Program-made: the position numbers and the translations under genes
Assembly: GCA_964607485.1 (NCBI GenBank)
Contig: CAZSKP010000006.1
Location: 43,344 to 107,343 of the forward strand
Source of the DNA: an uncultured bacterium
GTDB taxonomy: Bacteria > Abyssobacteria > SURF-5
Reading direction: 5' to 3'
DNA: 64,000 nt
In this document: positions 45,358 through 54,661 of the stretch, piece after piece
Position numbering within the stretch: position 1 is the first letter of the stretch
Layout: each line of letters begins with the position of its first letter
The notes under the pieces: generated by a model
The model's input: only the letters and a program-made list of their open reading frames with translations
Database searches by the model: none
Told to the model about the DNA's origin: nothing

Positions 45358-45969
45358 CTACTCCTGCCCCTGCAGCGCCAGCCAGGCTGCGTGGGCCAAT
45401 TGTTCAGCGGCTTCGGAAGGCTTCATCCGCGCCTTTCCTGAAAGCCACACCCCCGCATACTCCTGGCATGGTCCGAAGAGGATTGAAAAAACAATTTCCG
45501 GAGGCAGGCGCTTCACCGCCCCCGCTTCAATATGCGGTTGAAGCCAGTCGAGGAGTCGTTTAAAGAAAGGCCTGTTCAGCTCTGAGATCGAAGCCTCCGT
45601 GGCCTCCATGAAATCGGCATATCTCATCTGCCACAGGTAACGCGCCCAGTCCGGATTCTCCGTCACCCATCGGATATGAAAACCGATGATCGCGTACACG
45701 CCTGCGCGTGCCCCCTGATTTTGGTCAAGCTCGGCGAGGAGACCGGCCTGGTAAGCTTTCAACCCTTCAAGGTAAACAGCGGCGGCAAGCATCTCTTTGT
45801 TCGAGAAATGATGATAGATGCTGCCGTTACTCGCTCTTGCTCGCCGACAGATGTCTTCCATCGTCGTATTGGAGAAGCCGAGTTCAACAAAACAGCCTAA
45901 GGCCGCCTGTATGATCTTCTGCTTGCGCTTCGGGGTTCTTGCGTGGCTTATACGTACCTTTCTCGGCAT
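45358..45969 (-). CDS. TetR-family regulator (leaderless geometry)
   Basis: IIQAALGCFVELGFSNTTMEDICRRARASNGSIYHHFSNKE. Confidence 0.92.
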   Translation of the reverse strand: MPRKVRISHARTPKRKQKIIQAALGCFVELGFSNTTMEDICRRARASNGSIYHHFSNKEMLAAAVYLEGLKAYQAGLLAELDQNQGARAGVYAIIGFHIRWVTENPDWARYLWQMRYADFMEATEASISELNRPFFKRLLDWLQPHIEAGAVKRLPPEIVFSILFGPCQEYAGVWLSGKARMKPSEAAEQLAHAAWLALQGQE

Positions 45970-45975
45970 ATTATA

Positions 45976-46004
45976 ATTATACTCTAGAATCTTATTCTTG
46001 TCAA
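45976..46004 (-). promoter_or_regulatory. Consensus sigma70 promoter with an operator in the spacer
   Basis: Minus-strand TTGACA (46004-45999), 17 bp, TATAAT (45981-45976); palindrome AGAAT-CTT-ATTCT at 45986-45998. Confidence 0.85.
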
Positions 46005-46262
46005 TATATAAATTACTATAAATTAGTCCTTTAAATAATTAAAGAGAAGTCAATGTTCCGTCTCCGCGACGTTCTCGGGCGGAAGATGGCAGGACGGAAC
46101 CTCGGGACGATGCCGCAAAATGATCACTATACGGTTTGCGAACGCACACCAGTGGGACTCCGGAACGCCGGAAGGATCTTCGGGCTGTGCGGACAACCGC
46201 AGGATGCATGCGCAGGCGTTTCAATTCCAGCCGCGCATGCCGAGCCATGCTTCGAGGTCAAG

Positions 46263-46291
46263 TTGCAAAAACGAGAGCGAAGTGGTAAAAT
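46263..46291 (+). promoter_or_regulatory. sigma70 promoter of the tat genes
   Basis: TTGCAA, 17 bp, TAAAAT with extended -10 TG. Confidence 0.65.
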
Positions 46292-46413
46292 GTAAATTGT
46301 TGTTAAGTTTGCACTTGAGACTTCTGGGCGTCGCTGCGCGCCGGAGACGCCCGACGGTTTTTCGCAGACTGAAGCGATAAGTTGCCGACATTGAAACAGG
46401 GAGGTGAACCGAT

Positions 46414-46623
46414 TTGCTTGGCTGGCAGGAACTGATAATCATCTTAGTCATCGTGATGCTCATCTTCGGGACAAGCAAGATCAGCGGTATCGGTAAGTCG
46501 CTGGGCACGGCGATACGCGATTTCAGAGACAGCATGAAGGGCGAGCCTTCGGAAGAGAACAAGTCGCCCGAACAAAGCCCCAACGAAGAAAATCCGAAGG
46601 ACGCTGGCAAGTCAAATGAATGA
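46414..46623 (+). CDS. tatA: Twin-arginine translocase TatA
   Basis: TTG start after GGAGGTG; GWQELIIILVIVMLIFGTSKISGIGKSLGTAIRDFR. Confidence 0.92.
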   Translation: MLGWQELIIILVIVMLIFGTSKISGIGKSLGTAIRDFRDSMKGEPSEENKSPEQSPNEENPKDAGKSNE

Positions 46624-47332
46624 TGTGAAGATGACCTTCACCGAGCACCTCTCGGAGCTCAGGGTTCGCTTGGTGAAGGGACTCGTTGCGATTGCCGTTT
46701 TCTCGGTGGCCGGTTACATTTTTCGTGGAGCCGTACTTGAGGTTATCAAGAAGCCGCTCGGCGAAACGGTTCCTCTTCACGCGTTCGACCTCTTCGAACA
46801 GTTCTTTGCTTCTCTGAGGATTGCCGTTTACACCGGCATATTCTTCGGGTTGCCTTTCCTCATTTATCAAATCCTGATGTTTTGTCTGCCCGCGCTCAGG
46901 CCAAACGAGAAGAAGGTCATCGTCGTCGGGCTGTGTTTCGGCGTCTTCCTTCTTTACGGCGGCATAATTTTTTCGTACCTTCTGATACTACCGTTGCTGA
47001 TACCACAGCTCTCGGGTTTCTTTTCGACGGGGGTGGAGCAGACGTTTTCGCTGAATATGTACATAAACAAAGTCTTCCGATTCATCATAGCCTTTGGCCT
47101 GGGGTTTCAGCTCCCCATAGTCCTGATCATCCTCGTCCGCATCGGCGTGATATCGGTTGAAGGGTTGAGGAAGAACAGGAAGTATATGATAATCGGAATT
47201 TTTGTGATGGCGGCAATACTCACGCCCCCCGACATGATATCTCAATTGCTGCTGGCCGTCCCCCTCTTGGCGCTTTACGAACTAAGCATCTGGGTATCAG
47301 TGCTGCTTGAAAGGGGGAAGCACACGTCATGA
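46616..47332 (+). CDS. tatC: Twin-arginine translocase TatC
   Basis: MTFTEHLSELRVRL, PALRPNEK, FQLP, AAILTPPD, LYE. Confidence 0.95.
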   Translation: MNDVKMTFTEHLSELRVRLVKGLVAIAVFSVAGYIFRGAVLEVIKKPLGETVPLHAFDLFEQFFASLRIAVYTGIFFGLPFLIYQILMFCLPALRPNEKKVIVVGLCFGVFLLYGGIIFSYLLILPLLIPQLSGFFSTGVEQTFSLNMYINKVFRFIIAFGLGFQLPIVLIILVRIGVISVEGLRKNRKYMIIGIFVMAAILTPPDMISQLLLAVPLLALYELSIWVSVLLERGKHTS

Positions 47333-47694
47333 TGGGCATCGGGCCGATGGAGATTATCGTCATACTGATAGTGACCCTTATTGTGGTCGGTCCGGAGAAG
47401 ATGCCGGAGCTTGCCCGCGCGCTCGCCCGACTGATGCGCGACCTTCGCCATGCGATGAACGAGGTGCGCGACCAGTTCGATGAACTGACGCGGGAAGACC
47501 TGCTCGGCACAAAGGAAATCGATTCGTACTATCGCGAGACTATCGACAGCGTGAAGAAGTCGGTCGAGCCGCCGCCGGACGTGAAGGAAATCGGCAAGGA
47601 AATAGAGAAATCCATCCAGCAGGAAGAACGCCCGGAAGAGAAACCGAAAGACGAACCGAAGCAGGACACGCCGCCCACTCAGCCTTCTCCGTGA
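47329..47694 (+). CDS. tatB: Twin-arginine translocase TatB
   Basis: GIGPMEIIVILIVTLIVVGPEKMPELAR. Confidence 0.9.
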   Translation: MMGIGPMEIIVILIVTLIVVGPEKMPELARALARLMRDLRHAMNEVRDQFDELTREDLLGTKEIDSYYRETIDSVKKSVEPPPDVKEIGKEIEKSIQQEERPEEKPKDEPKQDTPPTQPSP

Positions 47695-47771
47695 ACCCAC
47701 TTCCACATTCCCGATTCCTCCTCGAATCTTATCTCGAATTTCTTGCTGCTACAGGCAGGAACTCTTGAAGG

Positions 47772-49520
47772 TCAGAGCTTGTAGATAAAAATCTCCGGGT
47801 CTTGCGTGGGGGACTCCAGGAAGGCAAAATTGCCCGGGAATTTTTGAATCGGCTCGAGGTGTGCGAACGGCTCGTCGAACGCGGAGACGGGTTCCTTGTC
47901 GAGACGGTCCACCTTGAAGCGTCCTGCGACAAAGTACTCGAAGCCGAGCTCGCGCAGGTACGACAGGTTCACGTTCCGCTGCGCAATCGGAATCACCTCA
48001 AAAGCGGCGTCCGAAAGAGTGGGAAGATGGAAGTGCAATTCGGCTGCCACCGCCGTTTTTGCGCCGGCCGGAATGTTCTGTTTCATCCATTCGGCGGCCA
48101 CGAGCCTTGTATCTCGATGGCGGTGGAGTTCCCATCCGTCTCTCAAGCTGGTCACGGCCGGGTAAAGCGCCAGAAGCACTACGATGGCTGCCGGCAGGAA
48201 GCGAAGCATGGACGATTTTCTTCCCGGCCTGAAAAGGCCCAGTGGGACGGCGGCAAATAGTGCGAGAAACGGAACGACGGGCATCATGTTTCTGGAGAAA
48301 GCCGAAGTCTGCACAGACATGTAGCAATAATACAAGAGAGGGAAGCTGACAAGGAAGGCCGCCTTCTTACGCCATTCTCTGGAGAATAATCCATACGCGA
48401 CCCCTGCGAGTGCCAGGATGGAGAGAATCTTGAGGCCCAACGCTTCCGAAAAGAGCCAACGGGCGTAGAAGAGCCAGTTGCTCTCCATGGGGCTGCCCCT
48501 GAATTTTGTCGCCCCATACAGGCGGGCAACGTAGCCCAGGTCGTTGACGAAACGGTTCATGTCGAAGAGCGCAAACGGAGTCGCCACGAAAAATCCCAAG
48601 GCGATGAAGATCACGCCGACCGCAGTTTTGAACGCGGCGTGGCGCCTGACGGTGATCGACGCCAGCGCGGCGAACAGGTATGGAACGACCACCGGAAACA
48701 CGTTGTATTTCGTCGATATCGCCAGTCCACAGGCCGTAGCCGCGAAGCAGTACTCGAGCCAGGAGTCTTCCTGCAGCACCCGTGCGCATAGATACACCGC
48801 GAGGACGACCATGAACGCCGCGGGGACATCAACCGCGACAAGGTTCGACTGGGCGATGTGGCCGGGACTCACGGCCAGAAACAGGGCCGACGCCAGCGCG
48901 ATGTTCTTCTTCTTGAAAAGCGAGCGAGCCAACATGTACAGGACGACGACGGTCAATGCGCCCACTACGCAGGTCAGGATTCGGCCCCAGAGGTAAAGCT
49001 CGGGCGTCGTGATAGACCAGCCGCCGAAGTAGTGGATGTCGTCCAATGAGGTTATCGCACCCCGTGAAACCTTGAAGAGGAAGAAAAGGAGGACCACGAT
49101 GAATTGCAGATAGATGACGAGGGAGGGATAGTGGAAATAGTGAGGGTTGAAGTCGCCCGTCTTGAGCATCTGGACGGCTCGATACATGAAGTGAAACTCG
49201 TCGTAGTGGTAGAGATACGGCAGCCCGAAATCGGCTCGGAGCACCCGGAGAAACAGCGCCAGCAGAAAAATCGCCAGTATCGCCCAGTGTTCCCTGAGAA
49301 TCCCGGCCGGCGCGCTTGGAGGAACCGAGGCTTCCCGTTCTTTTTCGACCGAGCGAAGCGCACGATAGGCTTCGCGAGCGGACAGGATATCGTTCAACTC
49401 CTGCGCATCGCTGAATTTCCCTGCCAGGTCGGGGCGGGCCTTCCTGAGATACTCGAGAAAGTCCTCGCCGTCCCCAAATTCTTTGGGGAAATCCTTGCCT
49501 CTATTGTTTTCCTCGCCCAT
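47772..49520 (-). CDS. GT-C fold glycosyltransferase (GT39-like) with a soluble N-terminal extension
   Basis: FGLPYLYHYDE, GDFNPHYFHYPS, STKYN, ATPFALFD, RNMMPVVP, DTRLVAAEWMKQNIP. Confidence 0.85.
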   Translation of the reverse strand: MGEENNRGKDFPKEFGDGEDFLEYLRKARPDLAGKFSDAQELNDILSAREAYRALRSVEKEREASVPPSAPAGILREHWAILAIFLLALFLRVLRADFGLPYLYHYDEFHFMYRAVQMLKTGDFNPHYFHYPSLVIYLQFIVVLLFFLFKVSRGAITSLDDIHYFGGWSITTPELYLWGRILTCVVGALTVVVLYMLARSLFKKKNIALASALFLAVSPGHIAQSNLVAVDVPAAFMVVLAVYLCARVLQEDSWLEYCFAATACGLAISTKYNVFPVVVPYLFAALASITVRRHAAFKTAVGVIFIALGFFVATPFALFDMNRFVNDLGYVARLYGATKFRGSPMESNWLFYARWLFSEALGLKILSILALAGVAYGLFSREWRKKAAFLVSFPLLYYCYMSVQTSAFSRNMMPVVPFLALFAAVPLGLFRPGRKSSMLRFLPAAIVVLLALYPAVTSLRDGWELHRHRDTRLVAAEWMKQNIPAGAKTAVAAELHFHLPTLSDAAFEVIPIAQRNVNLSYLRELGFEYFVAGRFKVDRLDKEPVSAFDEPFAHLEPIQKFPGNFAFLESPTQDPEIFIYKL

Positions 49521-49888
49521 GAGTGAGTTGCAGCCGAGTAGTCATGACCCGTGCGTCGCGCATGTTCTCCTGGCGTTTCCAAGAGCGGTGTCGGCAGACA
49601 TTTGGCAAACATTCTAGCATATCGATACACTTCTGTCATTATTCCGTGACGCCGCGTGTTCACTTTTCGTAACGGAGACGGTGCGTTGCTCGATGCGCGC
49701 AAGTCCTTGACACCAGAAACTTTCGTGTGATAATATCGCTCTGGTTTCGAAAGTGCGGATGAATAGATTCGACTTGCTGCAAGCGCATCTGGTTGCCTGC
49801 GGGATGTGCGGAAGGCGTCGCACGGCGAGGTTGTTCACGCGCAGCGGTTCTGCTTGTGTCATCGGCAGAGAAAACTGGTAGGTAAAGG

Positions 49889-51148
49889 ATGACTAAGAAG
49901 ATATGCGTGCTGGGCCTCGGCTACGTGGGGTTGCCGACGGCGTGCATGTTTGCAATGCAGGGGCATAGGGTCATCGGCGTCGATGTGAAGCCCGAAGTTG
50001 TCGAGACCGTCTCGAAGGGGGGAGTCCACATAGAGGAAGCCGGCCTGAAGACGATGCTGCAGGCCGCGATAAACAGCCGAAACCTCGTGGCCCGAACGGA
50101 AGTAGAACCGGCCGATGTGTTCATCATCGCTGTTCCGACGCCGCTCACCTCCGACAAGCGGGCCGACATGAGCTGTGTCGAGCGCAGTGCACGCTCGCTG
50201 GTTCCCGTTCTCGCGCCCGGCAATCTCGTCATACTGGAATCGACGGTGCCGCCGGGCACGACTGTTGGCCTTCTGTGCCGAATCCTGTCGGAGTCGGGTC
50301 TGGAGCCGGGCTCCGATTTTCGCGTGGCTCATTCGCCCGAACGAGTGCTGCCGGGCAATATCTTCAGCGAACTGGTCTCGAACGACCGCGTAGTCGGAGG
50401 CGTGACACCCGAGTGCGCGGAGGCTGCGTCGGAGCTGTACAAGACGTTTGTGGAAGGAGAGATATTCCTGACCGATGCGACCACGGCGGAGATGGTGAAG
50501 CTCGTTGAGAATACCTTCCGCGACGTCAATATCGCTCTTGCAAATGAGCTGGCCTTGGTTGCGGCCGAAAACGATGTGGACATCTTCGAGGTCATTGCTC
50601 TTGCCAACCGGCATGCGCGGGTCAACGTCCACCAGCCGGGTCCCGGCGTCGGGGGCCACTGCATCCCGATAGACCCGTGGTTCATCATCGAAAAATCCAA
50701 CGAGGCGGGAGAGCTCATACGGGCTGCGCGGACAGTGAACGATTCGATGCCGGACAGAATCGTGGAGTTTCTGGAAGAGGTCGTCGGCAGCGGCGCCGAT
50801 AACAAGATCAGCGTTTGGGGCGTTGCCTACAAGGGAAATGTGGATGACACGCGTGAGACGCCGGCCGTTCATATAATAAACGACCTGAAGGAGCGAAACT
50901 ACAGGCTCGGGCTGTTCGATTTCCACGTCAAAAACTTCGACTTCGAGCTCGACAGCCTTGAAAAAGCGGTGACCGACGCTGATTCCATCCTGCTCCTGGC
51001 GGACCACAAGGAATTCAGATACCTCGACCCTCATCTTATCGGACAGAAGATGCGACGGCGGATCGTGATTGACACTCGCAACTGCCTCGACGCGGCAAAA
51101 TGGAAAGACGCGGGATTTGAATTCTATCATCTTCGGAAGAAGCTGTGA
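49889..51148 (+). CDS. Nucleotide-sugar 6-dehydrogenase (WecC/UDP-ManNAc dehydrogenase-like)
   Basis: GLGYVGLP, AVPTP, ESTVPPGTT, PERVLPG, KLVENTFRDVNIA, GVGGHC, YKGNVDDTRE. Confidence 0.92.
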   Translation: MTKKICVLGLGYVGLPTACMFAMQGHRVIGVDVKPEVVETVSKGGVHIEEAGLKTMLQAAINSRNLVARTEVEPADVFIIAVPTPLTSDKRADMSCVERSARSLVPVLAPGNLVILESTVPPGTTVGLLCRILSESGLEPGSDFRVAHSPERVLPGNIFSELVSNDRVVGGVTPECAEAASELYKTFVEGEIFLTDATTAEMVKLVENTFRDVNIALANELALVAAENDVDIFEVIALANRHARVNVHQPGPGVGGHCIPIDPWFIIEKSNEAGELIRAARTVNDSMPDRIVEFLEEVVGSGADNKISVWGVAYKGNVDDTRETPAVHIINDLKERNYRLGLFDFHVKNFDFELDSLEKAVTDADSILLLADHKEFRYLDPHLIGQKMRRRIVIDTRNCLDAAKWKDAGFEFYHLRKKL

Positions 51149-51207
51149 CGGGGAAGACTGTTTGCAATGGCCATCGGGACGCTTCAATCGGGGGAAAACC
51201 AGACTGA

Positions 51208-52188
51208 ATGACCATGAATGATGCTGGAGCAATCTACTGCAGCGTCGTATCTCCCATGTTCAACGAGGAAGCCAATATCGCTTCCACCGTCGAGACCATC
51301 GAGAAGGTCATGGACGGCATCGGCAAACCGTGGGAGCTCATTCTGGTAAACGACGGCAGCACCGACCACACCGAAGAGGCAGCCGACAAAATCTGCCGGG
51401 AAAAACCCTATGCCAGACTGCTCTCCTACAAGCGCAACCGGGGTCGCGGCAAGGCGCTCCGCACGGGCTTCGCACAGGCGAGAGGACGATTCATACTCAC
51501 GATAGAATCCGACCTTAGCTGGGACGCCTCGCTCATGCCGGCCATGTTGCGCATCCTGGAGGAAGACGAAGCCGACATGGTTCTCGCTTCGCCCTATGCG
51601 AAGGGGGGCGGAACGGAGGGGGTGCCACCGGCCCGGCTCATGATAAGCCGGTTGGGCAATCTCATACTGAATTTCGTGATTCCGGGCAATTTCAAGATGG
51701 TCACCCAGATGTTTCGGGCATATAAGCGTGAGGTCATCGATTCGCTTGAACTCGAATCGGACGATAAAGAGATTCACCTGGAAATACTCTCGAAAGCCCT
51801 CGCGCTGGGATATCGCGCGAAGGAAATACCCGCGGTTCTGCGGTCTCGCGGGTCGGGCAAGTCGAAGTTCAAGCTGGGTAAGACCGTGGCGTCGCACCTG
51901 GCCTTTTCGTATTTCGAGAAGCCGCTTTTTCTGTTCGGACTTGCGGGACTCGCTTTCCTGGCGCTCGCCCTCGCCATCGGAATATATCTCCTGGTAGAGT
52001 TTTCCCGGGGCGCGCTCAACCCCGACCGACCGCTGATGACGCTGATAGTCATCCTGATCATCGGCGGACTCCAATTCGTCTCTTTGGGCCTCGTTGGCAC
52101 CCAGATAGTCCAACTTCGAAAAGAGATCTATCGTATTCAGATGAAGAATCGCGAGCTGGAGCGACAGGTCTCGGGCGGAAAACGCTGA
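51208..52188 (+). CDS. GT2 polyprenol-phosphate glycosyltransferase (GtrB/DPM1-like)
   Basis: PMFNEE, VNDGSTD, NRGRGKA, ESD at the DxD position, two C-terminal TMs. Confidence 0.88.
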   Translation: MTMNDAGAIYCSVVSPMFNEEANIASTVETIEKVMDGIGKPWELILVNDGSTDHTEEAADKICREKPYARLLSYKRNRGRGKALRTGFAQARGRFILTIESDLSWDASLMPAMLRILEEDEADMVLASPYAKGGGTEGVPPARLMISRLGNLILNFVIPGNFKMVTQMFRAYKREVIDSLELESDDKEIHLEILSKALALGYRAKEIPAVLRSRGSGKSKFKLGKTVASHLAFSYFEKPLFLFGLAGLAFLALALAIGIYLLVEFSRGALNPDRPLMTLIVILIIGGLQFVSLGLVGTQIVQLRKEIYRIQMKNRELERQVSGGKR

Positions 52189-52189
52189 G

Positions 52190-53377
52190 GTGATAACGAC
52201 CGGGCCAATGCGTCGCTCTGTCTGCCTGCTCACGAATGCATACCCCGATTTTCCCGATTCCAACCGCGTCGTGTTCATCCGTGCTCTCGCTCAATTGCTC
52301 TCCCGGGAAGGCTGGACGGTCTCGGTCGTCGCTCCGCGCATTTTCCCCGGCAGCAGGCGGAGCGAGCGCGAGGGCGCGGTCGAGATTCGGCGATTTTTCT
52401 CTTTCATGGGCCATAAGCTGCTCGTCGAGTATTCGCGGGTTCCGGTCTTTCGCCTGATAGGATATATGGCCGCCGGCATCCTTTCCGCCATACGCTGCGT
52501 TCGCAAGAAGAAATGCGAGTTGATACACGCCCATTGGGCCATCCCCGCCGGGTTGATGGCGCTTGTCGTCGGCAGGATATGCGGAAAGCCGGTCATTGTT
52601 ACGGCTCATGGCTCGGATATATTGGTCACGCCCAAAGGTAACGCTCTGATAACGAATATCGTCAGGCTCGTGTTGAATCGCGCGGATGCAGTCACTTCGG
52701 TCGCCGAGCACCTGACGGCCGAGATTATCGGCATGGGTATTCCGGAGGACAAGCTTCTCACATTTCCGATGAGCGTGCTCCCTGAGTCGTTTCAGGCCGA
52801 TGGGCCGTTGCCAGACGGCTGGGGCGCGGAGCGCGTGATATTCAGCAATCGAAGCCTCTATCCCGTGTACGATATCGAGTCGCTCGTAAGGGCGGCTTCG
52901 GCGATTCTCGAGAGGGTTCCCGATGCAAAGGTGCTCATCGCGGGAGAGGGGCCCGAGGCGGGCAGGCTCGCCTCTCTTGCCCGCGAACTGGGTGTAGCCG
53001 AACGAGTGGAACTCCTGGGGGCGGTTCCTCACGAGCAGATGCCCAAATACCTGAGAGGCGCATCGGCGTATGTTTCGACTGCGCTTTCCGACGGCGCGTC
53101 GGTTTCCTTGCTCGAAGCGATGGCGTGCGGGACATTTCCCATCGTTGCCGATATTCCCGCGAATCGTGAATGGATCGAAGATGGCAGAAACGGGTTCTTG
53201 TTTCCGCCCAACGATGCCGACGCGTTGGCGCGGAAGGTGGAGGAGTGTCTCAACCAACCCGGCCTTGTGGCGAAGGCGCGCGAAATCAACGCGCGGCTGA
53301 TTTACGAGAGGGCTCGATGGAGATCGAACATAGAGAAACTGCTCGGGCTATACGAGAGAGTTACGGCTCGGTCGTAA
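52190..53377 (+). CDS. GT4 glycosyltransferase
   Basis: IHAHWAIPAG, TAHGSD, DGASVSLLEAMACG, NGFLF. Confidence 0.92.
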   Translation: MITTGPMRRSVCLLTNAYPDFPDSNRVVFIRALAQLLSREGWTVSVVAPRIFPGSRRSEREGAVEIRRFFSFMGHKLLVEYSRVPVFRLIGYMAAGILSAIRCVRKKKCELIHAHWAIPAGLMALVVGRICGKPVIVTAHGSDILVTPKGNALITNIVRLVLNRADAVTSVAEHLTAEIIGMGIPEDKLLTFPMSVLPESFQADGPLPDGWGAERVIFSNRSLYPVYDIESLVRAASAILERVPDAKVLIAGEGPEAGRLASLARELGVAERVELLGAVPHEQMPKYLRGASAYVSTALSDGASVSLLEAMACGTFPIVADIPANREWIEDGRNGFLFPPNDADALARKVEECLNQPGLVAKAREINARLIYERARWRSNIEKLLGLYERVTARS

Positions 53378-53397
53378 GCGCGGAGGGAGGCAAGGGA

Positions 53398-54579
53398 CTG
53401 AGGGTCTTCTTCCTTGCGCTCACGGTGGATGCCGGCGCGTATCAGGGCGACAGCACCCACGTCAGGGAATTGGTTTCTCATCTGCGACAGATGGGACATC
53501 ATGTCCGCTGGGTGGCCCGACAGAGCAGCGGCCGCACGGGGTGGTCCGACCCCTTCTTCCACTGCGTGAGCCGCGCTCCCAAACCGGCCGGCGAGCTCAT
53601 GCGCCTGTTGCAGTTGTTGCTTTCAATGGGATGGGGCACATATCACATCCTTCGACACACCTCGGACGCGGACATCATATACTCTCGCGACCGGTTCTCT
53701 CTGCTGCTCGCTCTGCTTCCGGCGAAGCTTGCGCGCAAGCCGATTGTGTATGAGGTCAACGGGTTGACCAGTGAGCAGCGCAAGATGCACGGCGACTACC
53801 TGCTGAATCGACTGTACGTATGGCTGCTCGAGACTCTCGACAAGCTGGCGTTCAAGAACGCGGCCCGCGTCGTCTGCGTGACCGACGCAATCAGGGATTT
53901 CTACTGCGGGCGCCATCCCGCATATGCGGACAAGTTCCTCACCGTCAACAACGGTGTCAATACGAAGCTTTTTCATCCTCTCCCCGTGGATGAGGAGGTC
54001 GCCGAGCTCAGGAAACGGCTGGGATTCGATGAGGGCGAGGAGATCGTCGCGTATGTAGGCAACCTTTCGATTTGGCAGGGAGTCGAATACCTCATCAGGA
54101 GTGCTCCAAAAGTCGTGAAGGGCAATCCCGCCGTCAGGTTTATGATTGTGGGCCATGGCCCGACGCTTTCCGCGTGCCGGAAGCTTGCCGACGAGCTGGG
54201 CGTCGGCGACAAGTTCAAATTTGTCGGGCAGGCGCCTTATACGTCGCTGGCGTACTACATCAATATCGCCGACGTCTGCGTGGCGCCGTACACGCGCGAC
54301 ATTCCCAATTGCCCAATCAAAGTCTACGAGTACCTCGCCTGCGGGAAACCCGTCGTGTGCTCCGACATCCCCGGAATCGACAACTTGCGTCGAAGCGGAG
54401 CCGTCGTTCTGACCGAGCCGTGCAACCCCGACGCGCTCGCGTCGGCCCTGCTGAGGGTGCTCGCGGACATGCACGCCAGGACCGCCCAAAGAGAGCTGGG
54501 CCCGAAGGCGGTGGCGGAATACACGTGGGTGAACACCGCCGGCAAGGTGGCCGCCATCTGCGAAAAAGTGGCGAGCTAG
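53398..54579 (+). CDS. GT4 glycosyltransferase (probable CTG start)
   Basis: GGAGGGAGG lies 7 nt before CTG; RVFFLAL, YEVNG, NGVN, WQGVE, PIKVYEYLACGKPVV. Confidence 0.88.
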   Translation: MRVFFLALTVDAGAYQGDSTHVRELVSHLRQMGHHVRWVARQSSGRTGWSDPFFHCVSRAPKPAGELMRLLQLLLSMGWGTYHILRHTSDADIIYSRDRFSLLLALLPAKLARKPIVYEVNGLTSEQRKMHGDYLLNRLYVWLLETLDKLAFKNAARVVCVTDAIRDFYCGRHPAYADKFLTVNNGVNTKLFHPLPVDEEVAELRKRLGFDEGEEIVAYVGNLSIWQGVEYLIRSAPKVVKGNPAVRFMIVGHGPTLSACRKLADELGVGDKFKFVGQAPYTSLAYYINIADVCVAPYTRDIPNCPIKVYEYLACGKPVVCSDIPGIDNLRRSGAVVLTEPCNPDALASALLRVLADMHARTAQRELGPKAVAEYTWVNTAGKVAAICEKVAS

Positions 54580-54661
54580 CCGCTCATGCGTTTCTATGCT
54601 TGGGACGCTCGCGCCTCTTGCCGCTGTCTGAGAAAACGATAACGTGCAAACATAATTGCCC

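Noticed and set aside
46039-46248. 69-aa ORF starting MARHARLEL as a second Y1 transposase remnant
   Set aside because: Similarity is limited to about six residues; no HV..RG or HUH motif follows.
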